NCBI GenBank assembly: GCA_965202585.1
Contig: OZ241830.1
Span: forward strand, 18,538,001-18,602,000
DNA: 64,000 bases
Source: Thalia democratica
Lineage: Eukaryota
Direction: 5' to 3'
Part shown: positions 52,601 to 64,000 of the stretch, in pieces
Layout: each line of letters opens with the position of its first letter
How positions within the stretch are numbered: the first letter of the stretch is position 1
The notes under the pieces: generated by a model
What the model saw: only the letters and a program-made list of their open reading frames with translations
Database searches by the model: none
What the model was told of the DNA's origin: nothing
Made by a program: the position numbers and the translations under genes

Positions 52601-54193
52601 AAAATTATTTTTTAAACATGCAACTTTAAATTCACACTACCTTTCACTACTTTTCAAATTTATAAACTGATTATATCAAAGCAAGTTCTTTCACTTAATT
52701 TTTTTATTTAAATGTTTTTTTTTAAGTTTACTAAGATCTAGAGGTGCTTCTACACTTTAAATTTATTTTTAAATAAAGTAGCTAAAATTTCTCTTGTTTA
52801 AAATAGTGCATTTTAACAATAATTTTTAGTAAATTTTTTGAATAGAAAAGTAAAGTTTTTAAATTTTTTGGCTAACCAAGGCTTGTTTGATTTTTATTTC
52901 AAAACTTAGATTACTTAAAGTATGTTTTTATAAATACATTAATTGTTTTATGACACTTTTGCTAAGAACTATTTTTTTATTAAAACCTTTGGTTATTGTT
53001 TTGTATTTCTATGTAATTTAAGTTAAATAATAGTAGTATTTCATGCTTTTTACAGTATAGTAATTTAAATTATTTTACAAGCTGAAGATAACTCAGGCTT
53101 GATTTATAAACATCAGTCTAGTATGAGTAAAGCAAGTATTCTGTTTGGCCTAAAAGAATAGCAGTAGTGTAGTATGAACAATCATTTCAACCAACTTTTA
53201 TTTCAACCATCATATATTAAACTTTCATTTTAAGCTTTGTTTTTTTAAGCTGGCTGTTTTTCCTCAAAAAATGACAACCCTGTATTAGGACCAACTTAAA
53301 AGTACATGTACTTAACCTATTATTCTAAGTTAACTATGTTTTTGCAATGAGTTTATAAATCATTAAAACTTATTAAAATGAAAACGTGTACTACTTTGCC
53401 AAATATTAATTTTTTAAGTTTGTATAATAGTTAACCAAAACAGGTTTTTACACTTGTTTTCATATTTTTACTTTTGAATTTTTTTTTTCTTTGGTTTTTG
53501 TTTCTAAAGTTTACTTAAACCATGAGGCTTTTCTACTGTCTAGCCTTATTATATCAATAATTATTATATCAAGTAGAACTTTTTTTGTTAAATATTATTT
53601 TTTTTTATAACAACTATAAATTAACTAATATAAATCTAAAATTATTAAATTTATTTACACTTCAGGCTAATTCAGGTTTGTTTAATAGTTTGTTGCAAAA
53701 CTTAAGTAATTTGGATACTTTTTTAATATCAGGTCTTATTTTATAATTTATTTTTCTTATTTGAATTTTTTTTTACATGTTCTTGTATTTTTTACTTTTA
53801 TAATTTAGTCACTATTTTTAACTTTTTAGTAATCATACTTGGTCAGTAGAAATTTTCTAAATTTTTTGATAATACAGATATTTTAATTATTTTACAAAAT
53901 GGAAAAAAAAAAACTAGGACTAAGTTAATAAAACTCAGATCAGTTTTCGTAAATCAATAATTCATTTTGTCTCAAATAATAGCAACTCTTTAAAACTATA
54001 GCAAGACAATTTTAGTTAGAGTTTATAAATTTCTAAATGTTAATAAAACACTTAATCTAGAAGTAAAATGGTCTTTTTATATTTACTTGCTCTTAACCTT
54101 AAAGCTCTTGCTGTAAAATGTAAAAAATAAATTACTTTAGCCTATATGAAAATTAAATATGCAATGATTGACAACAAAAAAAAAATTTTAAAC

Positions 54194-54620
54194 CAGGGTT
54201 TCGCAAACTATGTCCCTCTCCGACAAGATTTCTCTTAAAACTACCATTGAATTTACCTAAGGCCCTTTTTTATGCTCTTCGTCATCAAATCCAGATGTGT
54301 AAATATCTAATTATGGTCTTTTGGCTCTTCCTTTTACATTTTGTGGTCCCCTAGATTTACTAAAATTTTATCATAATGTCTAGTTTACGTTTCAGAACTA
54401 CCATTGAACCGCCTAAAACCTGTTTTTTTTTTGCTCTTCATCTTAAGCATCAGAATATCTTGTGTAAAATTCAAATTATGACAGCATGGCTATCTTGTGG
54501 CCCCTTTACAGCTCATACCCAACCCTAGATTATGATTTTCCCCTTTGCTGCTTATGGCCGCCTAACTTTCTGTAATGGCCCCCAAGAGGGCCAATTGGCC
54601 CACTTTAGAAAATCCTTATG
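54194..54620. mobile_element. Mirror copy of the hAT-like MITE at 45465-45892
   Basis: CAGGGTTTCGCAAAC end; reverse-complement similarity. Confidence 0.55.
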
Positions 54621-56039
54621 TAAACCAATTAAGAATATTCACTATTTCCTATCTTAAAATTTTAACTTTATTTCAATAATGTTAAATGTTATCTTAAAGT
54701 TGTATAACTACACTTGTTTATTTGTTAAAAGAAAACGTCTTGTTTATTTTTGTATAAAGCTTATTTATTAGTCAGCTTTATTAAAATAGAGTATCACAGG
54801 GTTTTTACTATGTTATATAGTATAGTTCATTTATCACCACAAAAAAGCTCAAAGTATTTTTCTAGGACCTGAGGTATGAAAAACCATTTTATTATCGATA
54901 ATTTAATATAAATTTTTTTACAAGTTTATATTTATTTAGTTCATTAAAAAAAAAAAAAATTCTGTTTCTGTTTTCAGGTTAGGTAGCAAATCTTATTTAT
55001 TTTAAAAATAAAGTACATATGTTCCAGCTTTTAATAAAAAACTTTTAAAAATACTTAAGTGTCTACGAAAGTGTTTAAACATTTATTTCTAATTTAATCA
55101 AACAAGCTTTACTAAAAAAAGGTTTTGGCTGAAATCTAAATAAAAAACTTTAAACAAGTTAAAAGCTTTCAAACAAAATTAAAAAGTATAGTTAACTTTA
55201 TTAGTAGATTATAACTTATTATTGATATAGATATGAAATTAGAACTAAAATATTCAGTTTGGAAAATAACAATTTCACAATTTAAAATAAAATGTGACTA
55301 TGAAAAGTTTACTGGTTTTAGTATTGACAGTGATTAAATATATTCAAAATCAAAAACAATTTAAAACACTCCTGTTAAATGTCAATTTTAAGACAACATT
55401 GCAACTTTATTATACTAATGTCGCGGTCAAGTAGGTTAAATGAAATAGTCAATTTTCTTTAGTTAAGTTAAAATAACTTGATTAAACCTAAAAATAATAT
55501 ATGTTTAAATATATCCTAATTTTTAATTAGTATATATTATAAATACATAAAACTGTTCTTAATTTAAACTTTACAAATAATTATTTTTCATGATTGTTAA
55601 CTAATAAATGCATAGTTAATTTAAAGTAAAACTGTTATACCAATGTTCTTTAAAAATTATGCAGAATCTTAAATTTGTAATTAACACAAACATTTTCAGA
55701 TGAAAATTTTATGGGAATTAGTTAGTAGCTTCCTTATAAAATCAGGGTCTCAAAATATTGTTTTAAATTTTTTATCACATTTTAAAGTATTAATTAAGAT
55801 AAGTTAGTGAACAGCACAAAAGTGAAAGTTATTTCTGCTTGCATTGAATGTCTAATCTTTGTTACTGAACATAGTTGTTTACATTGTTAATTTTAATATT
55901 TAGAATTTTGTAATATAGCACAATCAAATATGTCGAATAAGTTACTTTTTTTGTTAAACAACTATATAATTGAACAGCTAAGATTTTTTCTTCATTTTTA
56001 TAGCGTAGCACAGGTTCTTTTTAGTTGTATCAACAGAGT

Positions 56040-56590
56040 AGGTGAACAAAATGATGAACACTTATGCATGAAGGGTCAAGTATGCACGAAGACGCTATTG
56101 TACAAAGACACTTTGCACGGTTGAAAATTTTTCAAGTTTTTTTTTTATTAATTTTAATTAATCATTATTATTGTTACTGTTATCCCTAACCCATAACCTA
56201 AGTCGGTGTTGTGTTTCTATTTTTTTATAACTTATTTTATATGATTCTTTTTATTTTCTAGTTTTTTTTTTATTGAAAAAGTTTTTAAGTTTATTTTTTT
56301 AGTCACTGTTACCTCTAACCCTTACTTTCAGTCAATAATGTTTTTTTATTTTTTCAAACTTATTTTATATGATTCTTTTCATTTTTTAGTTATTTTTATT
56401 ATAATAATTTATGAGATTATTTTTGTCACTGTTACCTCTAACCCTTACTTTCAGTAAGTAACTTTTTTTTTCTTTTCTGATTTTGTTAGTTTTTTACTGT
56501 TTTTTTTTCTCATTTAACTTTTTACCATTACTTTTACCTCTAACCTACTGTTGGGAACACAAAACTTTTACCGCACACGAATTTCACGAA
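56040..56590 (+). repeat. Mirror copy of the repeat at 43620-44040, with one extra internal unit
   Basis: Four TACC(C/T)(C)TAACC-type units here versus three in arm B. Confidence 0.6.
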
Positions 56591-56916
56591 ATTTTTAGAT
56601 AACACAAAAAAAGATTTCATTCTTATTACTGTATTTATTTAATTAAAGCAACTTAGTTTAATGTTAAAGTTGAATCTAGCCCTGGTGTTTAATTTAGCTT
56701 TTAGTTTATTGTCCATTTTACTCTCATGATCTATTTCAGTAGTAAACTACGGACATTATTCGTTATATAAATAATGCATAGAAGTCAAGACCTACAGCTG
56801 AAAAATGGAAATGTGCAAATTCCATTGACTTATGTGGAAGAAGCTGTCATTTAGCTATTATCATGATTTACCACCGAATTGATAGGTTATTTTTTTCTGA
56901 TTTACTATGAATATTA

Positions 56917-57267
56917 CAGCGTTGCCAGTTTACTTGGAAAAACCTGTAATTTGACAATTTAGGCAAAAAAAAAAAAGAAAAAACATTAAATACTAACAAT
57001 TTTGACATGTTCAGTAGTAGAATTTGATTTTATTTAAAAAATTCATAATATAAATTTAAAAAGTTTGTCGTCATCAAATTCTTTTATAATAAATAACAAA
57101 ATTCTAAGTTTTACAGTATGTTTTCAATGTTTTTTATGTTTTTTTACACAGTTTCTTACCTTTAACATAACTTTAAACTAAAAACAGACCTAAAAAAGTG
57201 TACTTTTTTAAACGTGGAAGAAATTTGGATAACCTGTAAAAAATTATTTAAACTATTAGCAACCCTG
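56917..57267. mobile_element. Mirror copy of the CAGGGTTGC MITE
   Basis: CAGCGTTGCCA...TAGCAACCCTG. Confidence 0.7.
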
Positions 57268-60000
57268 ATATTAGTAATTTATAGCATTTCGTTTAATGTA
57301 GAAAGTTTTGTTTTATTTTCATCAAAATTATTATTACATATTTTTAAAATACAAAATTGTTTATATAAGGTTGTCCACTTGATAATGATGTTATTAGTTA
57401 AGTAATTATTAAAAGTTTAAAACTATTTTCTATATCTACAGAAAAAATTAAGAACATTTATTTAATAAAAAAATACTTTAATTGAGAATGAACAATTTCA
57501 AATATAGTAAAAATTTCTTCAAATAGATACATGGTAGTAGTGGTGAATAAATTTTAGTAACAACTTTAAGTTTTTAATAATTCAAATTATACAATTATTA
57601 TATTATTATATATCAATAATTGAATAGTGCATAAAAACTCTATAAAAAATATAGGGTTTAGTTAATACTTAGTTGCCACACACTAAGGCTAGTTTTAATT
57701 TTATAAATGTTTTTTGAAAAACTCAGGCTGGATCATCATATTCTGGGGTTCTTTTTCTAAATCTCAGGCTAATTAGCTATGTTTTTAATAGATTTCTAGT
57801 TATTTTAATTTATTAGTTTTAAGATTTGAAAACTTAGTTCTTGAAAATTATCTTCATTTTCTACCTGTTTTGTTCTGTTGTTTTAACAAAAAAAATTAAC
57901 TGTTTATTTTCGTGTTTTAGTTTGTCTTATAAGTTCTTTTTTCATTTATTTATATTAATCAGGAGAATTAGAGTGATTTAATGTAACTCAGCATTGATTT
58001 TTTTTACTCCAAACAAAGACTTTTACTCTAAAAAGTTGCATACCTTTTAATAACCAGTTTAAGGTATCAGTATCATTTAGAGTTGTCAAACACTCAGCCT
58101 AGTTAAACTTTTCTCAAAAATACAGTCTTACTAGGCATTTTTTTTTTGCGAAAGGTAGTCTAGTTCTGCAATTTCTATTAAATTTCTAATAAAATTATGT
58201 CAAATTTTTTTTGAACAGTACGAGTGTTTTTAGATTTTACTTTTTTAATCATAATAATATTTTAAGAATACTGCTACATACTTTTTGGCTTTTACTTTCT
58301 CTTTTCTATTTTAAACTTAAGTTGACTTAAACTAGTTTGTTGTAACTCTCGCAGAGTGACACACACTTAGAATAACTTAGAATGTTTTTTCTTTCATAGA
58401 ATGTAATTTCTTTGTTATAGTTTGAATTTTATTTTTTTTTCGTTAAAGTTCCTATTTTTTTTAGATATTTTAAGTTTTTTATTTTAAAGTTCATTTATTT
58501 CAAATATTTAAGAATTATTTTCTTATAAATAACTAAAAACATTTAAGGCTTATGATAGATTTTTCACTCAAAGAGTAACAACCCTGATTATACTTGTTAC
58601 CCAGGCTGATTTTGTTTTAGTTTTAACAAAAGCAAACTTAACAATTATTATTAAACTGCTTACTCGAGGTCTAATTTTTTTATTTAAAAAATATATAAAT
58701 GCAGTAATTTCAATAGTTTAATTAAAAGATTTAAAGTATGTGACTTAAAAGATGATGTAACTTTATGTTTGACTAACACTTTAAAAAAGGCTGAAAAGTT
58801 TTTTTGTATTTTGTGTATATTTAATTTTACATACAGTTAAACGTTTAGTATTTTTGAAATATTACGTTATTATTTCTGTTTGAGTTAGACTAAAGTAAAA
58901 AATCAGTTTAACGTTTTAAATTTTTCTTTAGAGTTCTTTAGTTGTTTTGCAATACTTAAGCTTTAAAAAACTGTTAATTGAAATCCCTTTTAGTGTTTTT
59001 TTCATATAATTAGAAAAATAAAGGTAGTTAAAACGTATTTTGATATTCTTATCAAAACTTAAACAAAATAAGATTTTTAAAAATGATCATGTTAGTTTAC
59101 AATTTTATTTCTAAAGCTAAGGCTACATTTTAATTTAAATTAACAACTCTTTTTGTCTTAAAATAAATGTTTCAAATAATCTGTTTCTTATAACTATGAT
59201 ATTTAAGGTAACTAAGAAGATCGCCACAAATTAAGAATATTCAAGTTAACTTTGTAACTTTTGAAAATCTCAGTATAACACATGATAACTAAAGAAATTA
59301 TAAATTTGTTTTCTAAACTCCGGCTGGCTCAAATAGTTTTTTTTATCTCAATATAGTTTTAAATATTCAGGTAGTTTTTTCTACCTTTTTAAAATGAAAT
59401 ATACTAATAAAAGTGTTTACGTTGTCCTACCACTAGCGGCGTTTTTTAAAATAGTATATTGGGGACCCAATTTATGTTTGGGAGTTTTGTGTACACAGAT
59501 TCTGATTAACTTAAAGATCACTGGCTTAATATATATATATCACTAGCTAAGTACATTTTAAATATTTGTTCTGATTAAACTTATATAGTAAAATAAGAAA
59601 AAAAAAATTATTAAAAATTTCTTAGCACAATAAAATACATTTAATGCACACTAGTATTACAACCATCTTGCAGAGCATTTTACTATTAAACACCTATAAA
59701 AATAAGCAGATTCTAAAGTGTTTTTAAAAAACTAGGCATTTTTTACGTTACTTCAAAGAAAAGTACAGCTTTAAAATTTGAAGCAAACTAGAATAGACTT
59801 AATGCATGTATGATATTGAAAGTTTTGTTATAAAATTTAACAAAATTAATTTGTTTTATATTTTTTAAATTAAATCGTCAAAATTCTTATGCGTTTCTTT
59901 CATTTTAGTGTTATTATTACTTAAAAAGTAAACTTGAAAGTATTTAATAATCATTTTAAACAGATTTTAAAGTTTTAAGATATTAAAATTTAAAGTAATA

Positions 60001-60583
60001 ATGGAACACGAATGTTGTATATGCCTGGATAGGTTATTCAAAGTAGACACAGAAGTATCAGCCACACCGTGTGGTCATACCTTTCACAAAGGCTGCATAT
60101 CAAACGTAATAAAAGGTGAGAATAAGACATGTCCAATTTGTAGACAAGATTTACAGGAAGAAAAAATAGTTAAAGTTCACTTTAATGTGAATAAAGAACT
60201 TGACTACAGTGATTGTTCAAATGATACTTTGAGCTTCTTTGATAAAGTTGTTGAGTATGAAGCAGACAAAAGGATGACCATGGTAAAAATCATTAAGAAG
60301 TTAGATAAAGAAAACACCCGTCTAAAGGAAACTTACAAAACAAACCGTAAAGGTTACAGCTTGTGTAAGGTGTTCTTGAGAGGTTTCCAGAAAGAAATTA
60401 AAAACTTGAATGAAAAAATCAGTAAGTTAAACTTAACAAAGGGTGGGTTGAAAAGGAAAAGAAGATTGCTTAATGAAAAAGAAGAAACTATTAAAGTGCA
60501 AGAGTTTGAAGTTAAAGAAAACGAAATCGATGTAAATACTTGTGAAGATGCTATCAACAATATTGAAGCAGTAATTAGTAAAG
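60001..60583 (+). CDS. Copy C exon 1: RING-H2 finger plus coiled coil (583 nt)
   Basis: CCIC...CGHTFHKGC...CPIC; donor AAAG|gtttgt at 60583/60584. ORF track 60001-60642. Confidence 0.9.
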
Positions 60584-61789
60584 GTTTGTTAATTTGCTAT
60601 TGTTTAATTAACTTAATTATTTATGTAGAACTCACAGTTTAAAGTATAACCAGGATCCATACGGATCATCAATTTATAATAAGGTCCAGATAAATAAGTT
60701 TGAAATTATCAAAGTTTAAAACTCTATGTTGTGAGATATTATTATTAAATCAAATGCAAAACAACCTCTGATAATAGATAGATCAAAGAAAACTATAAAT
60801 CACTTTAAGTTTACAGTTTTAGATACTTCTACAAATAAAATTGACAATCTTCTAATTATTTTTAAAGCTTAATAAAACTAGTTAAAAAAGTTAAATTTTT
60901 TTTTGCATAACCCTTAATGTATGATTAATATATTTTTATTTATATCTTATATACCTTATTATCATCACTGATTATTAAAATATGTTTATACAGTCGTTTT
61001 GCATGAAAATAAATATTTATTTTCTCTTATAAATTTTTATGTTTTTTTCTATTCTTAAGACTACTAACTTAAACATTCTTTGTTTAACACTCTGTAAAAA
61101 ATTTTTTGAAGTTGTAAACTAATTAATAATATTTCTTGTTTAATTTGTTAATAAATTAAAATTCTATATTTATAAAAAACGTACTAGGATTTCATTTTAT
61201 AGGTGCACTACTTACTTAGTTCTGACAATTAGTAATTGACAATTTTTGTTCTAAAAACTAATTCTAATTCTTCAAAATTTAGTTATTGCTTTTTTCAATA
61301 CTTTTGTTAAATTATTTATTATTGTATTTTTTAAAACTGAAAAAAAGAAATTAATATGTAATTTTGAAATGTTTTTTTTTTAATTAATCTTCTTTTTTAC
61401 TACTATAGTCTTTTTAATTAGGCCTACATCCGAATATTTTTTGTATCACACTTTTTGAGATGTAGCGCCTTGTTTTCAATTATAAATTTATATTTTAAAC
61501 GCATATTTAACCGAAAATAGCCTAAGATACTTTAAATTACCTTAAATGTTTTCAACCAGTAGAAATTTAACTAAACAACACCTGGAAACTGTCAGTTCGT
61601 TATTTAAAATATCCAAAGTTTATTTTTGTTAGCGAGTCTTGAAGTTTAGTAGTTATTGATTGGAAATCGTATTAAAAAATATAAATATTAATTTTGTCGA
61701 GTAAAAATAGTTCTCAGTATAAAAATTTTAAATTAATTTTGTTATGGTTTTTAGTTTTATTTTATCTTTAAAATCGGAATTTTTTGAAG

Positions 61790-62257
61790 GTACTGACAAT
61801 GAAAAAGTAAATGAAGTTTTTGGTGGAAATAAAAAAGCTTTAGATTACAACATGAACATATGGTTGAATAAAAATTTACTTCATGAAGGGCTTTTAAATA
61901 AAGTTGAAAACAATATGAAAGAACTACACGTAAACGATGAAAAAATAAGTGATTTAATATTGATAAAATCTGTCGAATTAGAAGTTGAAAACAAGGCGTT
62001 GCAGGAAAACAACAAAGTAGTAACTAAATACCTTGAAATTTTGGAAAATTCGCTCAGACAGGCGCAAAACAAAGCAGAGTTCTTGAAAAAAGATTACAAA
62101 AAGTTAAAGTCTGAAAATAACGATCTGTTGGCTGGTTTAAAAGCTACAAAACGGAAAAAAACTAATATTATTAACGTAAAATTATCAAGAAATGCAAGCG
62201 AAAAATCAGATGATAATTTTAACGATGTTCAGATCACTAACTGCTATTCAATTAAAG
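61790..62257 (+). CDS. Copy C exon 2: coiled-coil region (468 nt)
   Basis: Acceptor ttttgaag|GT and donor AAAG|gtaaat, both phase 1. ORF track 61744-62265. Confidence 0.82.
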
Positions 62258-62565
62258 GTAAATAATAAAATTTTCTTTATTTCTAGAATTTTTACAACTT
62301 TTTAATACCTAAGGTTGTGTTCTTTTAGTGCACTTAAAACTTTAATCATCAAACCATGCTCTCAGCAGATGCAGGTTTTGTTTTCATTACTAAAAGCTTT
62401 CGCCCGATAATTTTGTTTTTAGTTAATTTCTAGTATTTTACGACAAATTATAATCAAGGCTCTAGCTCTGATGTCTAATGTAGATGTTTTCTTTTTAAAT
62501 GTTGATTTTTATTTAGTGTTTATAAAGACTTGCTTAACTGTTGTATACTTCATTTTCTTTTTTAG

Positions 62566-63468
62566 GTGCAGAAACCAATGAAGTTAAAAATTATATATAC
62601 ATTAGCGGAGGAAAATCAGATGAGACAACTTACGAAAACTGTGTTTTAAAAATGGACACAAAAAGTGGTAAATGGGATCAATTTAAAACTTTCGGTACAC
62701 GTAGACGTCGCCATCAATCTATAATAAAAGGAGATCAAATGTATTTGATAGGCGGATGTAATGGATCAGACTATGTTTATTTAGCTGAAAATGAGACCGT
62801 ATCTCTTAACGAGGAATTACCTACCAAAACGTTTCCAAAAATGCACAACAAACGGCAAGACTTTTGAATGTGTTCTTTAGCAGAATGTGTTTTTGTCGGA
62901 GGAGGGTATAAAATCTCTTATGGAGATTTAGACAAATGCGAAATCTACAGTTTTGAAACTTGTGAATGGACTGAAGTTTCTAGTATGAACACTAAAAGAA
63001 GCGAATTTACTCTGACTTATTTTCAAGGAAAAGTCTGGGCTATTGGCGGTTTTAACCACTCAAATGACACATATACATGGCTGGACACAATAGAAACATT
63101 CGATATTACAAAAAAACAAATGGAAAACAAGCAATTTGAGGCTTATAACTGAACGATGTGGACATAGCACTGTTGCTTACGACAAAAAACTCTTTGTTGT
63201 TGGCGGCGATAAAAAAGACTCATTTTTAGCTTCTGTTGAAGTTTATTCAAGCGAAACCAATCAGTTTAGCTTCGTTTCTTTAATGAATATCCCACGATGT
63301 TATTTTGGATGTTGCGTTGTAAATTCTAGTTTGTATGTGATTGGAGGTAGTTTAGATTACGCCACTCTAACAGATGAAGTTGAGATTTACGACATTGAAA
63401 AAGATGAATGGAGAAGAGGTCCGAGTTTGCCTTTAAAATTGACTGAATTTGCTTGCTCAAACACTTAA
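62566..63468 (+). pseudogene. Copy C exon 3: six Kelch repeats with a TGA (62865-62867) and a +1 frameshift (~63115)
   Basis: Acceptor cttttttag|GTGCA. ORFs 62541-62867, 62868-63152 and 63136-63468 together reconstitute the propeller. Confidence 0.88.
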
Positions 63469-64000
63469 TGACCAGTTCTCATTTTACAACTCTATAATTT
63501 TTTCTTGCTCTAAAACTTTATAGTTTCTGCTCATATTATAAGAATCTGCTAGTTATATGTTATCTAATAATATTTTTAGTTCCATGTTATTAATAAAAAA
63601 GTTTAAATTTTCTAGCTCTAAACAAAGCTTATACAGTTTTAACAAGTATAATATCTTTGTTAAGTATATACAAACTCAAGTGATTGACTCACAATGTTTT
63701 TCTTGTTTTCAATAAAGTTGTTAGTGTAAAACTTAACTATTTTTGTTTTAATAAGCTTTATCTATACAAAAAACTTTTATCTTAAAAGAAAAATTATTTT
63801 TAACAAAATATAAACTTGATAGTTAAAATTAACACCTTAAGTTTTATTTTATTACTATATCCTACACATATTGTTTTAATTTACTATGGTTATTTACCTT
63901 TACTTTCTTTTTTTTTTGTTTCGTTTGTTTTTTCTATACAAATTAAAAAAAAAAATTTTTTTTAATTCTCTCTAAGTATGTGTAAGTAGTTCTAATAAAA

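Larger units (their letters stand above)
31500..63730. repeat. Large imperfect inverted repeat: arms ~31500-48950 and ~51110-63730 around the protease pair
   Basis: Genes, MITEs and spacers occur in mirror order, e.g. 48200-48290 is the reverse complement of 51800-51900. Confidence 0.92.

Noticed and set aside
3391-57405. Remaining short AT-rich ORFs (e.g. 3391-3669, 5257-5532, 25312-25530, 52346-52546, 55930-56124, 57214-57405)
   Set aside because: Low-complexity F/L/I/K/N composition, no motifs, and the frames are not conserved between paralogous copies.
61744-61789. ATG-started stand-alone coiled-coil gene (MVFSFIL...)
   Set aside because: The apparent hydrophobic N-terminus is the polypyrimidine tract of intron 1; a phase-matched acceptor follows in all copies.
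7237-63468. Alternative genetic code with TGA as a sense codon
   Set aside because: TGA replaces Trp in A but Gly in B/C, TGG is used for Trp throughout, and one protease Trp site shows both TGA and TAA in different copies. This fits nonsense mutation.
1-64000. CRISPR array, tRNA/rRNA genes, prokaryotic or viral system, or intact transposase/RT
   Set aside because: No repeat-spacer array, no RNA-gene signature and no such ORF in the six-frame track; introns and TE types indicate eukaryotic nuclear DNA.

Overview
Very AT-rich eukaryotic DNA with spliceosomal introns, probably from an invertebrate animal (taxon not determinable from the sequence). The window is built from three diverged copies of a ~23-kb cassette. 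A (~1.6-25.6 kb) and B (~25.6-48.9 kb) are in tandem; C (~51.1-64 kb, cut by the window end) is inverted, so B and C form a ~32-kb imperfect palindrome. Each cassette carries RING, coiled-coil and Kelch ORFs that have matching phase-1 GT-AG splice sites in all three copies. They therefore appear to be one three-exon gene for a ~650-aa RING-H2/coiled-coil/six-Kelch protein, a putative single-chain E3 ligase. Every copy has at least one lesion, and B has only one in-frame TGA, shared with C. Decayed trypsin-family (S1) protease genes lie at the cassette junctions: tail-to-tail single-domain plus double-domain pairs at 1.2-3.0 kb and 49.0-51.1 kb, and one truncated copy at 25.7-26.5 kb. Copy-specific insertions are confirmed by empty sites in the paralogs: a 7.4-kb non-coding LTR element, a Tc1/mariner-type MITE, a 3.3-kb hAT element and a 224-bp insert. 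There are also several older MITEs, a 15-bp satellite and a 31-bp minisatellite. No rRNA, tRNA or CRISPR array was seen.
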